A DNA stretch of 64,000 nt from the NCBI RefSeq assembly GCF_000142905.1, contig NW_013657657.1, positions 124,001 to 188,000 on the forward strand, in the 5' to 3' direction. Shown here piece after piece: positions 10,603 to 20,870 of the stretch. Each line of letters opens with the position of its first letter. The stretch's first letter is position 1. A model generated the notes under the pieces. It ran no database searches, was not told the DNA's origin, and saw only the letters and a program-made list of their open reading frames with translations. A program made the position numbers and the translations under genes. Origin of the DNA: Thecamonas trahens ATCC 50062. Lineage: Eukaryota > Protista > Apusomonadida.

Positions 10603-11910
10603 TTAGTAGCGGTAGTTCGGGCCCTTGGTCGGGCCCTCCTTCTCCATGCCGAGGTACTCGTACTGGGCATCCGAGAGGACAGCCAGCTTGCCGCCGAGAG
10701 CCTCAACGTGAACGCGGGCAACCTCCTCGTCGAGGATCTTGGGGATGAGGAAGACGCCGACCTCGTACTTGCCGGGGTTCGACCAGAGCTCGATCTGGGC
10801 GAGGACCTGGTTCGAGAACGAGCAGGACATGACAAAGGACGGGTGGCCAGTGCCGCAGCCGAGGTTGACAAGGCGGCCGTCGGCAAGGATGATGACGTGC
10901 TTGCCCGACTTGAGGAGGTAGCGGTCGACCTGCGGCTTGATGTTGACGTGCGAGACAGCCTCCTTCTTGACGTAGGCGACGTCGATCTCGAGGTCAAAGT
11001 GGCCGATGTTGCAAACAATGGCGTCCTCGCGCATGCGCTCAAAGTGCTCGCCGGTGATGACGTCGCGGCAGCCGGTGGCGGTCACAAAGATGTGGCCCTC
11101 CTCGACGGCGTCGTCCATGGTGGCGACCTCGAAGCCCTCCATCATCGCCTGCAGGGCGCAGATGGGGTCGATCTCGACAACGATGACGCGAGCACCGTTG
11201 ACCTTGAGGGCGGCGGCGCAGCCCTTGCCGACGTCACCGTAGCCGGCGACGACGCCAACCTTGCCCGACACCATAACATCGGTGGCGCGCTTGATGCCGT
11301 CAATGAGCGACTCGCGGCAGCCGTAGAGGTTGTCGAACTTGGACTTGGTGACCGAGTCGTTGACGTTGAAGGCCGGAACCTTAAGCTTGCCAGCCTTGAG
11401 CATCTTCTCGAGGTTGTGGACGCCCGTGGTGGTCTCCTCCGAGAGGCCGCGGATGCCCTCAAGCAGCTGCGGGTACTTCTCGTGGACAATGTTGGTGAGG
11501 TCACCACCGTCGTCGAGGATCATGTTGAGCGGCTGGCCGTCGGCGAAGAACAGGGTCTGCTCGATGCACCACACGTACTCCTCCTCGGTCTCGCCCTTCC
11601 ACGCGTACACCGGGACGCCGGTCTCGGCAATGGCAGCAGCGGCCTGGTCCTGGGTCGAGTAGATGTTGCACGACGACCACTGGACCTCGGCACCGAGGGC
11701 AGTCAGCGTCTCGATGAGGACGGCAGTCTGGATGGTCATGTGCAGGCAGCCAGCAATGCGCGAGCCAGCGAGCGGCTTGTCAGCGCCGTACTTCTCACGG
11801 AGCGCCATGAGGCCGGGCATCTCGTTCTCAGCCATCTCGATCTCCTTGCGGCCCCAGGCAGCAAGGGAGATGTCGGCGACCTTGTACGGGAGCTTGTCGT
11901 TCGAAGCCAT
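10603..11910 (-). CDS. AHCY: S-adenosylhomocysteine hydrolase
   Basis: [56 protein letters not shown]-terminal YRY. Confidence 0.98.
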   Translation of the reverse strand: MASNDKLPYKVADISLAAWGRKEIEMAENEMPGLMALREKYGADKPLAGSRIAGCLHMTIQTAVLIETLTALGAEVQWSSCNIYSTQDQAAAAIAETGVPVYAWKGETEEEYVWCIEQTLFFADGQPLNMILDDGGDLTNIVHEKYPQLLEGIRGLSEETTTGVHNLEKMLKAGKLKVPAFNVNDSVTKSKFDNLYGCRESLIDGIKRATDVMVSGKVGVVAGYGDVGKGCAAALKVNGARVIVVEIDPICALQAMMEGFEVATMDDAVEEGHIFVTATGCRDVITGEHFERMREDAIVCNIGHFDLEIDVAYVKKEAVSHVNIKPQVDRYLLKSGKHVIILADGRLVNLGCGTGHPSFVMSCSFSNQVLAQIELWSNPGKYEVGVFLIPKILDEEVARVHVEALGGKLAVLSDAQYEYLGMEKEGPTKGPNYRY

Positions 11911-12478
11911 GTTGATGTGTTGGGTGTCTGTGATAATACAGTCAGGGGGTGTCTCCCGTCGTGGGGCGAAGTGGATGTGGATGGATGGCTCATTTTATGC
12001 CCTGCCATCCCTACTCAACGCGACTCGCCAACTCTGCTCAACGCCGCCACTGCTCATCATGTCCACGTCAGCACTCGCACTCCGCCACCTGGCTGTGATT
12101 GGCCTTTCATTGATTGCCTGGCAGTGGCTCAATCGTGCCATGCTTTGGCATGACTTGCTGACATCATCCTACCACTCGTCATCCTTGGCCATCGTGGCCT
12201 CCACCATCATCGCCATCCTCACCGTCACCGCCATCATTTGACCGATCGACTCCTACTGGCGCCGCCGTCATGCATGTCCATACTCTCAGACATCGCATCA
12301 TCGGTAGGCGCTGATGTGGCGGCGGTGGAGGTGGCTGCCGCCTCGATCGAGCTCTGGCGGTGCCTGTCACCGACGACCAGGCGCCGCCTGGTCGTTGCTG
12401 GGCTTGGCATGGGTGGTTGGCCTGGGCATCGGCCACACGTGTCCTCGTCACTCGTTCCGCACCGAGCGAAGGCCAGCC

Positions 12479-14089
12479 ATGACCGACTTTATGGTCGGAG
12501 CCATCCACCGAGTCCATGTCCCTCCGCGTCGAGTCCACGACCTGCTCCATGACCCACACGCCGACTTGGGCCACCTCGCCCATCAGCTTGGCGAGGCCTG
12601 GCCCGACGCCCTCACTCTCATCTTTCCGCACTTTGATCCGGCGCTCTTGCCGGCGATCCTCGGTGAGGATGGAGATGGCGATGGCGATGGTCCGACCGCT
12701 GCGGCTGGGCCGAGCCTTGGCCGTCTCGCTCGCCGAGACTCGCCTGCTCTCGCCCTCCTCCGCGCTGCGATCAACGAGCCGCTGCTGCCGGCCGCCGGCT
12801 GGCTGCTGCCCGAGGCACGTCCGGCAGCACGGCGCAGGATCGACGCTGCCCGAGCCCGCACCCTCGCGCCGGCTGCTCGTCTGCCGGTTGCGCTGTGGAT
12901 CGCTGCTCGCGATCTTGGACGTGCCGTGTCGGGTGACGGCGACGACGACGACGTGGTGTGGGACCACTTTGCGCTGCATCCGCTCATGGACGAACGTTAC
13001 TCGCCGGTCTTGGTCGCGCACGCGCTTGCGCTTGCCTTTCAAGCCGGTCTCGCCGCCTTTACCGCCCGCCAAGTGCTGGTTGAGCAGCGGTCGTTCCGCA
13101 TGCTCTCATCGGAACCCTCGCCGTTTATCGCGTGGGTCGCTGCGCTCTGGAGCCTCGTGTTGGGCTCGATCGTCGCCTCGCCCGCCACGATCGTCGCCCA
13201 CACCACGCGGTGGGTAGCCGTTGCTGTCGCCGCTGCCGACATGCTCGCCTTTGGTGTTATGGGCCCGATTCTGGCCTCACTTCACGACGCCTCGATTGCC
13301 ACCCTGGTGCGCGCTGTTCTGCCGTCCATCCCGGGCTATGCCCGCCTCAGCGAGCTAGTCGGTCCGTCGGGCTCGCGCCGGCTCCGCGCTGCGCTGCGCA
13401 TGCCAGACTCGCTGGCTATCGCCTCGTCACTGCGGATACTCAATCGGCGGCTCCTGGCGCCCTGGCCAATCGTAGACGGTGGCAATGCCGGCTGCCAGGA
13501 GTCGAAGCCATGCCTCCTACTGGAGCTTCCGGCCGAGCTGCGTGTCGCGATTTTGCAGCTTCTCGACGCGCGGTCGATGCTGGCAGTGGCGGCGACGTGT
13601 TCGGAGCTTTCGGCAGCTGTCGATGCCATCACCCTGCCCAAGGGCATATTTCGGCAGCTGGTCGATGTCGGCGTCGAGTCCGAGCGCGCCGCCAAAGCTG
13701 CAGCAGTTGCTCGCGAGATGATGGATGCCGGCGAATCAAGGCGGGACGCCGTCGATGCCGGCATCTGGCAGGCGCTTGGCACGCTGCCGTGCTACGGCCT
13801 CGTTATGCGCGACCTGCTGTTTGTGCTAGACACTGCGGCAGGTGTGATCAACACCGCTGCCGAGACACTCGACTTTGATCAGGCTGGCAACGCTGTGGCG
13901 TGCCTCTCTATCTTTGCGCGTGCGCTTTCGCTCCCGCTGATGACGCCCGCTGTCGCCACCGCTCTCAAGGCGGCGCCAGCCGACGAGTCGCTCGATAGCG
14001 GCGGGACGAGATCGGCTGTCGCAACGCCGCTTGTCAGGCCCAGCACGGACGCGGTGTTTATGCGAGCGCGGGCTATCTCACGCCAGTGA
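12479..14089 (+). CDS. F-box domain protein with hydrophobic mid-region
   Basis: F-box LLELPAELRVAILQLLDARSMLAVAATCSEL at ~13513-13620. Confidence 0.65.
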   Translation: MTDFMVGAIHRVHVPPRRVHDLLHDPHADLGHLAHQLGEAWPDALTLIFPHFDPALLPAILGEDGDGDGDGPTAAAGPSLGRLARRDSPALALLRAAINEPLLPAAGWLLPEARPAARRRIDAARARTLAPAARLPVALWIAARDLGRAVSGDGDDDDVVWDHFALHPLMDERYSPVLVAHALALAFQAGLAAFTARQVLVEQRSFRMLSSEPSPFIAWVAALWSLVLGSIVASPATIVAHTTRWVAVAVAAADMLAFGVMGPILASLHDASIATLVRAVLPSIPGYARLSELVGPSGSRRLRAALRMPDSLAIASSLRILNRRLLAPWPIVDGGNAGCQESKPCLLLELPAELRVAILQLLDARSMLAVAATCSELSAAVDAITLPKGIFRQLVDVGVESERAAKAAAVAREMMDAGESRRDAVDAGIWQALGTLPCYGLVMRDLLFVLDTAAGVINTAAETLDFDQAGNAVACLSIFARALSLPLMTPAVATALKAAPADESLDSGGTRSAVATPLVRPSTDAVFMRARAISRQ

Positions 14090-14097
14090 ATGGCCGT

Positions 14098-15413
14098 TCA
14101 TGCTCCAGCTTCGGCTCCAGCTTGGTGTGGCCTCTCGCCGACGTCTGCCGCTGCAGCTGGTGTCTCTGTTGGAGCGGGCGCATTCCGTGAGCTCTTCAGG
14201 TACTCTTTCGCGAGACGCAGCAGGTGCTTGCGATTGACACAGCCGACAGTGGGCAGGAACTTGTCGTTAAACCCAGAGGGCATGGCCGCCCGCGGTAGTT
14301 TCGTCACGCCAGACGCGATGCGTTCGGCGTGTTGCTGAAAGTAGCTGCGGACGGCCAAGTCGGTGCTCTTGCCGGCAAACCGAAAGTTCCGGATCTGGTG
14401 CTTGCGAATCATCTTCTGAACGGGCTTGATGATCTCGGAGCCATGGTAGTGGTTTTGGAGAAAGTTGCGGTAGTACTCGTCGGTGTTGGCCAGAATGTCC
14501 TGGATGTCGGCGCTGCTGAGCGACCACGTCCTCTCGCGCTTGAGTAGTCTAGCAGAGACGATGACAGCTCGGGTCGCAGCATTAAACTCTCTCTGCGACG
14601 GCCGCAGCCGCCGACCGTCCTTGGTCTTCTGAGTCGCTCGGTGCTCGGCCGGGCTCGGCCTTTCATCGGGCTTTCATCGGGCATTGAGGCAAGCGGCTTT
14701 GTCTCGAGCGGTGAAGCACTCGGAGGCAGAGGCGTGTAGCCCACATGCGCCGTCGATGCTTCCGTTGCTGCTGCCGCCGCTGCCCTGGTTGTCATGAGCA
14801 GCGATCCATAGCCTTGACAAAGACATGTTGCCTTCCATGCGAGCCTCAGTGACTCGATGGTCCGCTTGGTCGACTCCCGTGCGACAACGCTGGCCGCCCA
14901 TGTGTCGATGTCCTCCATCTCCGGCTCGTCCATCTGCAACAGATCTCCCAGCGCTGCCCGCCAAATCGCGGTATCGTGTCGAATCTGCTGGACCGGGATG
15001 GCCTCCGCGACAGGCGCTGCGGTTGCCGCAGCTGCTGCGGTTCTGCCAGGCGCCGAGGCTCCATCGACAGGGGCGCCCAGTCGGACCGATCCGTCCAGGG
15101 CCTTTGACCGCTTCTCCCCTCCGCGCACCTCAGCCTCTTCATCCGCCTTGCGCTTTCCTGTCGCAACTCGAGTTGCATGTGGTTCTCCGTGTGTGTCCGC
15201 TGATGTAGCCGAGCCCACCGCTACCTCTGTCGCAACCGCACTTGCCGCAGCGACCTCATGTGCGCGACCTGCGCCCAGCGAGGGCATCACAAAGGCCATG
15301 TCCTCTGCCAATGGAGTGCGTGGATCGGTGGTTGTACCCGATGCGAGTGGTGTTGCAAAGGCGAGAGCAGTGCTTCTCACCTTGAGCTCAGCAAAGTGTG
15401 CCGCTTGGCGCAT
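14098..15413 (-). CDS. Hypothetical protein; probable frameshift at 14672-14674 joining ORFs 15431-14409 and 14412-14098
   Basis: The frame of ORF 14098 stays open upstream to ~14672 (KPDERPSPAEH...DEYYRNFLQNHYHGSEIIKPVQKMIRKHQ); one added A links it to the upstream ORF. Confidence 0.5.
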
Positions 15414-15548
15414 TCCGTTCAAAATCGCCACGGCGGACCGAGTCGCACTGCTGCGACCTACTTTTGTGTGCCCTCGCCACGGGGAGAGAGAGAAAAAGGC
15501 TGGGGCTGAGACGGGGGGGGGGTATTCACCAAGTGGGCTACAGTAGAC

Positions 15549-16460
15549 TCAGGTGGAGAAGGGCTGCGGAGGCATCGGAGAGAGGCGCTGCGGCGACATC
15601 GGCGGGTTTGACGCCTCGATGAGCTCCGCTGCTGGCTGGATCCGGTCCTGCTTGGGCGAGCGAGATTGGACTTTGCGGATACGATCCGGACGAAGCTTGT
15701 GGGTGGCAAAGGCAACATTGCCGAGCCAGGCGATGGTGCGCGGGTCGTCGATGACGTTCTCCATTTCGAGGAGATAGGCTTTCATGCCGATGGTGATCCG
15801 CTCGCGGCCGCCCTCGGCCACATGCGCGCCAAGCGCATTGGTGGTGACGTGAAAGGTCCGGATCTCGTTCGCAGTCACATCCGAGTCGGGATTGGCAGCC
15901 TTGATCCAGCGCAGCGTCTTGGCGGCAAGTTCGTCCAGAGTATTTGCGTCGGGCGGCAAAGCCGAGGGTGGCGCGAGGACGCCAGCGCCAAGGATGTCGG
16001 CCATCGAGCTGTTGCGCACGCCCTTCATCAACTGTGGCGAGCTCGGCACGGTGAACTGCATCACGTCATCTGCATGAAGCTCGTCCTCGCCCTCGCTGTT
16101 GCTGCTCGGCTGTGCCCTTGCCGATGCGTCCAGCAGCTGCTGCCGCTTAGCCGGGGGCGCGTCCTCGGTCCCAACCTCGCTCCTGGCCCGCTTGATGCTG
16201 GGTACACGGGTCTCCAAGCGCGAAGCCAGCACTCTTGCACCTCTTACATTCTTTTCCAACGTATTGAGAGTGTTGACCATTACTGGCGGCGTGGCCTCAG
16301 TCGTCTGCGTCTTGATGGCCTCGATCAGGGTTATGCTCTCCTCCAACGAGCTCGTCAGCTCCTGCATTGTCCCGTCGAGTTGGTCGCCATTCTCTCCGCC
16401 GCCACCTCCAATCACAACTCTGCCGAGGCTCAAAGAGCAATGCTCGGTCGCATCTGCCAT
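15549..16460 (-). CDS. Hypothetical protein (N-terminal coiled coil, basic NLS-like motifs)
   Basis: ~300-aa ORF from ATG 16460 with protein-like composition; no family recognised. Confidence 0.55.
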   Translation of the reverse strand: MADATEHCSLSLGRVVIGGGGGENGDQLDGTMQELTSSLEESITLIEAIKTQTTEATPPVMVNTLNTLEKNVRGARVLASRLETRVPSIKRARSEVGTEDAPPAKRQQLLDASARAQPSSNSEGEDELHADDVMQFTVPSSPQLMKGVRNSSMADILGAGVLAPPSALPPDANTLDELAAKTLRWIKAANPDSDVTANEIRTFHVTTNALGAHVAEGGRERITIGMKAYLLEMENVIDDPRTIAWLGNVAFATHKLRPDRIRKVQSRSPKQDRIQPAAELIEASNPPMSPQRLSPMPPQPFST

Positions 16461-17065
16461 CTGATATTGGGCAGTGTATGTCAACGTCAAGTGCTTCTGT
16501 GTCCGTGCCTGTGTCGCGGTCGCGTGCGGAGAGACGACCTTGACTTGAGTCGCCTTCCAATTGAAACTGGTGAGGGCACACTCCGAGAGCCGCATAAAGG
16601 TGCATTCAAAGTGCTGCAGCCCGGAGGGGGGGGAGGGCACGTTCCGCAGCAGGCCACCGCACGGGAATCGATCTTGACTGTGTGTGGCCATGCGCATGCG
16701 CACCAAAGTGGTATCGATCAAGGACTCTGGCGTATGTCCATGCAGAGGTGGGTGATGGCTCGATTAGCAGGAGCTCGATCACGCCATGACAAAGACCAAG
16801 GACAGTGTAGATCAAGGTATTCCAAGCTGATCAACACATGACCAGGCGCTACACATGCCATGGCTCTCTTCTGTGCACATCTCAAGTCTCCCCGCCCCGC
16901 CAGTGGCCCAAAGAGAATACTCGCGGCCTCTCGAACCCAAGCCGCCGCCTCCGCCGCCGCCGACCAACGGCCACCACGCCACCACATCCACAAGCAGAAC
17001 CACACCACTACATACACACACATACACACAGACGCACACGTACATACACACAAGTGCTTCTAGCC

Positions 17066-18910
17066 ATGTACAGCTCTCGACCAAACAGGTCGTCGGCAAG
17101 CAGAGAACGGACCCGGCAGGCTGTGCTGGCGCGGACACTGCGGCGTGAGGGTTCAGGCCGGAGGGGCAGCTCGGGGTCAAGCATGAGAGCGATGTCCGAC
17201 TCGGGGTCGTCGTCCGACGACGCTGCGCTGGCAGACAATCCATTTGCATTGCCGGATGATGTCGGGGTGTTCACGCTGGCGCAGGTGAAGCGGGCGGACA
17301 AGATCGCGGCGCTGCGAGCGGCGGAGCAGGCCAAGGAGAGGGCGCGGGTGCGGCAGGAACGGCGCGAGGCGGCAGAAAAGGCGGCGCTGAGGGCGCAAGA
17401 AGAGGTTGAGGTACAGGCCAAGTCAACCCGCGACATTGTGGCCAAGGCGTCGGCGTCGATCCGCAAGCAGGCCGGCAAGGAGAACTTGCGGGAGATGATC
17501 CGCAACAAGCGCGAGATGTTTCTCATCGAGTTCTCGCTCGGCGTCAAGCGCGACGAGATGCGCAAGCTAGAGGAGCACGCCCATGCTGCTGACTCGCGGA
17601 TTGAGCACGAGCGCAAAATGCTTGCACTCGAGGCTCAAAAGTGGGAAGAGTACACCACGTACTCGACCGAGCGGGTGAAGGCTGTCCAGCGGCAGGAGGC
17701 CGAGACGCTCAAACTTGTCGAGTCCAAGGAGGCCCAGCTGCGGACAGTCGACGAGGAGATCAAGGACTTTACGTCTCGGATTCAGGATCAAGACGAGGTC
17801 ATTGCCAAGTACCAGGTCTTGAAAGAGTTTCTCATCTCGCTCGCGCCGCCCGAGTGGGTGGCTGCGCAGTACGCGGCCAAGCGGGAGCGCCAGCAGCGGA
17901 GGCGCGAGGCCAAACGCGAGGCGCGTCAGGCACGTGCCGCCCGGCGCGCCGCCCGCAAGGAAGCCGCCGCCGCCGCCCGCAAGCAGGCAACGTCGACGAT
18001 CCAGGGCCGGTCGCGAGCCAACACGCTCTCGCTCGTTCTCGCGCCCGGTTTTGACTCTGCCGGCTCAGGCTCCGGCTCCGGCCCGGACTCGGGCCTCGCG
18101 CTCGACGACTCGGACTCGGGCTCGGACTCGGGCTCGTCTTCTGACTCGGCTTCTTCGTCAGGCCTGGAAATCCCGATGTACTTTGAGTCGCCGGAGCAGC
18201 TGCTGGTTGTCTTCCACGAGCTGGAAAAGTCAAACCTCTCGCTGGTCAACAACTCGCAGGAGATCGAGGAGGCGCTCGAGCACCTGCGCTCCAAGTACTC
18301 GTCGGTCCGTGACGGTCTGGCCGGTGAGATCAACCAGCTCGCCAGCCGCATCGCCGCGCTCGACTCGGACCTCGGTCGCGAGCGCGCCCGCATCGCCGCC
18401 ATCCAGTCGCGCAAGGCCCACTTTGAGCGGTCAGCGCTCCAGATCGACACCGCTGCCGGAGAGTCGGCCGACCAGCAGCTTCAGCGTCTTGAGTCGCGTG
18501 TCCGTGAGCTCTACACCAAGTGCTGCCGCGAGCCCGACGAGAAGGGTGGCGGCCCGGCTGAGCTCCACCTCCGCACTGTCGACATGCTCACCAACTTTGA
18601 GCGCAGCCTCCGTGCGCTCATGGACGAGATCCGCGAGCTCGACCCCAAGCTCGTCAATACGCGAGAAAAGGAGATGAAAAAGGTGCGCAAGAAGGCCAAC
18701 CGCAACCGCAACATGGCTGATCTTGAGCAGCTGTGGGAGGCCCGCCGCGCCAAGCACCAGGACCGCGTCCAGCGCGAGTCCGGCAAGCGCAAGATCGGCC
18801 GTAAGCTCATGCGCCGCTCCGACCCGATCATCAAGCGCTCGCGGGCCAAGGACGAGGAGGACAAGAAGGCTGATCGCGACTTTTTCAACCGCTACTTTTT
18901 CCAAGAGTGA
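17066..18910 (+). CDS. CFAP100: Cilia/flagella-associated protein 100 (CCDC37/DUF4200 family)
   Basis: KENLREMIRNKREMFLIEFSLGVKRDEMRKLEE; MYFESPEQLLVVFHELEKSNLSL; GRKLMRRS; long coiled coils. Confidence 0.85.
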   Translation: MYSSRPNRSSASRERTRQAVLARTLRREGSGRRGSSGSSMRAMSDSGSSSDDAALADNPFALPDDVGVFTLAQVKRADKIAALRAAEQAKERARVRQERREAAEKAALRAQEEVEVQAKSTRDIVAKASASIRKQAGKENLREMIRNKREMFLIEFSLGVKRDEMRKLEEHAHAADSRIEHERKMLALEAQKWEEYTTYSTERVKAVQRQEAETLKLVESKEAQLRTVDEEIKDFTSRIQDQDEVIAKYQVLKEFLISLAPPEWVAAQYAAKRERQQRRREAKREARQARAARRAARKEAAAAARKQATSTIQGRSRANTLSLVLAPGFDSAGSGSGSGPDSGLALDDSDSGSDSGSSSDSASSSGLEIPMYFESPEQLLVVFHELEKSNLSLVNNSQEIEEALEHLRSKYSSVRDGLAGEINQLASRIAALDSDLGRERARIAAIQSRKAHFERSALQIDTAAGESADQQLQRLESRVRELYTKCCREPDEKGGGPAELHLRTVDMLTNFERSLRALMDEIRELDPKLVNTREKEMKKVRKKANRNRNMADLEQLWEARRAKHQDRVQRESGKRKIGRKLMRRSDPIIKRSRAKDEEDKKADRDFFNRYFFQE

Positions 18911-18931
18911 TTCCCAGCTTCTTACGCGTCG

Positions 18932-19035
18932 TAGCTGCCGCCCAGCTGCCGCCCAGCTGCCGCCAGCTGCCGCCCAAGCTATCAACAGCTGCCGCTCAAG
19001 CTGCCGCCCAGCTGCCGCTCAAGCTGCCACCCAAG
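18932..19035. repeat. ~11-bp minisatellite (AGCTGCCGCCC-like), ~8 copies
   Basis: Tandem units between the CFAP100 stop and the next gene. Confidence 0.8.
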
Positions 19036-19287
19036 TTCTCGCGCCACACCCTCTCACACATGCACCATCAACCTCAGCCCATCATCAGCTACCATCCCCA
19101 CTACTCTGACAGCAATCAAGTCACATATCAAGCCCCTTGTTCCCTCCCCCCCCCCCCCCCAACAACAACAACAACACCAACAAACCGACCAACCAATGTT
19201 AGCCAAACCCGCAACCGACCACAAACTCACACACACACAGCCACTGCTCCCACCCTCCGCCACAAGGACCACATCCTTCCCTCTCAT

Positions 19288-20559
19288 ATGCCCCGGCAGC
19301 GACAGAAGAGGCGGCGCGGGTCGACGACAGCGTCGGTGTCTGCGGCGGCGCAGGCTGTGCCTGTCGAGCCGTTCCTGTCCCCGACACAGGAGGCCACCCG
19401 AGAGGCCATTGCCGCACAGCTGACCAACCCGTCCAAGTGGCGGCTGTCAGGCCAGCTGTGTGGCAACCGATGCATCGAGCTGGTGGTGGAGGCACTGGGC
19501 GAGGAGGACAACCAGCCGGTGGTTATCAACGTGGCCAAGAACAGGCTCAAGCCTGAGGATATGGCAGCGTTGGCCGCCGCCCTCGTCGGCAACAACTCGG
19601 TGACCAAGCTTGACTGCTCGTGGAACAAGATCGGGAAGCGCGGCCTCGCGGCTCTGGCCAAGCTGCTGCAGCACAACTCATCGATCGGCATGCTCGATCT
19701 TGGCGGGTCAGGCATCAGCGCCCAGGGCATGGCCAGGTTTGCGGCGTCGCTCGTCAGCCACAACACAACCCTGCACTCGCTCTGCCTCGCCCGCAATCCG
19801 ATCACCGGGCCTGCCGGCGCAGACGCCCTTGCCGATCTCATCTCGCGCTCGCCGTCGCTCGCCCTTCTCAACCTTTCGACGTGCGAAATCCAGGCATCCG
19901 ACGCCACGGTCGTCCTGGCCGCGCTCTCGGACTCGACTGCGCTCTCGTCGTTTAACTTTGAGGGCAACGCCATCGACCCCGAGGGCGCCGGCAAGCTCGC
20001 CGATTACCTTGCCTCGCCGAGCTGCCGGCTCTCGTACTGCAACATCAACTCGAACGGGCTCGGCCCGCACGGCGGGGCGCTACTTGGCCATGCCGTTGCC
20101 GCCAACTCGTCGCTCTCGGCCATCTCGCTGGCGTGGAACTTGATCGGGACCGACGGCGGCATGGCATTTGCCGCCGCGCTCCGCGCCAACGTCTCGCTCT
20201 TTACCCTCGATCTCCGCTCCAACGGGCTCAAGTACGAGGTCGGCAGCGAGCTCTTTGCCGCCCTCGCCTACAACTCCAGCCTCCGCTCCATCGACCTGTG
20301 GGACAACAACTTTGGGCCCGAGAACGCGCCCGCCTTTGTCAACGTCGTTCACACCACCACCTCGCTCCGGTGTATCCATGTTGCCGGTTTTGACATCGGC
20401 CCGTGCGGTCAGGCCCTTCTCGCTGCGCTCCACGCCAATGATGTTGTCGCTGAGTGCAGCTACGAGCATCCTGCTGATGGCCCCGATGTCACCGACGCCA
20501 TCCGCGCTGCTCTCGAGAGCAACCGCTCCGAGTTCAACTCGTCTGCCATCTTCGACTGA
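19288..20559 (+). CDS. RNI-like leucine-rich repeat protein (28-aa LRRs)
   Basis: Repeats such as LVGNNSVTKLDCSWNKIG, HNTTLHSLCLARNPI, ANVSLFTLDLRSNGL; N-terminal basic RQKRRR. Confidence 0.85.
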   Translation: MPRQRQKRRRGSTTASVSAAAQAVPVEPFLSPTQEATREAIAAQLTNPSKWRLSGQLCGNRCIELVVEALGEEDNQPVVINVAKNRLKPEDMAALAAALVGNNSVTKLDCSWNKIGKRGLAALAKLLQHNSSIGMLDLGGSGISAQGMARFAASLVSHNTTLHSLCLARNPITGPAGADALADLISRSPSLALLNLSTCEIQASDATVVLAALSDSTALSSFNFEGNAIDPEGAGKLADYLASPSCRLSYCNINSNGLGPHGGALLGHAVAANSSLSAISLAWNLIGTDGGMAFAAALRANVSLFTLDLRSNGLKYEVGSELFAALAYNSSLRSIDLWDNNFGPENAPAFVNVVHTTTSLRCIHVAGFDIGPCGQALLAALHANDVVAECSYEHPADGPDVTDAIRAALESNRSEFNSSAIFD

Positions 20560-20870
20560 TGCCTACAACCCGCGTACTCTCTCTCTCTCTCTCTCTCTCT
20601 GTCTGTCTCTCACACACACGCACCCGCCCATCGCCAGGCTTGATGCGAAGACCTGTCGAAACTTGTAACACCGCCATCCGTTCCTTGATTCATGCCGAGT
20701 CCGATCGCCTGAATGCGCCACACCCACGCCCAGCCCGCCCCACACACCAGCCACACCCACACGAGCACACCGCACTTCACAGCTCCACCTCACCCACCCC
20801 AACTCCACCACTATCATCATCACCACCACTCCGCTCCTCCCCTCAGCCTCCCGCATCGCCGCTCCTGGTT

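Noticed and set aside
10708-12153. Long antisense/alternate-frame ORFs (also 6213-7511, 21339-22708, 40970-42163, 60185-61669)
   Set aside because: Shadows of strongly biased GC-rich genes; no independent protein motifs
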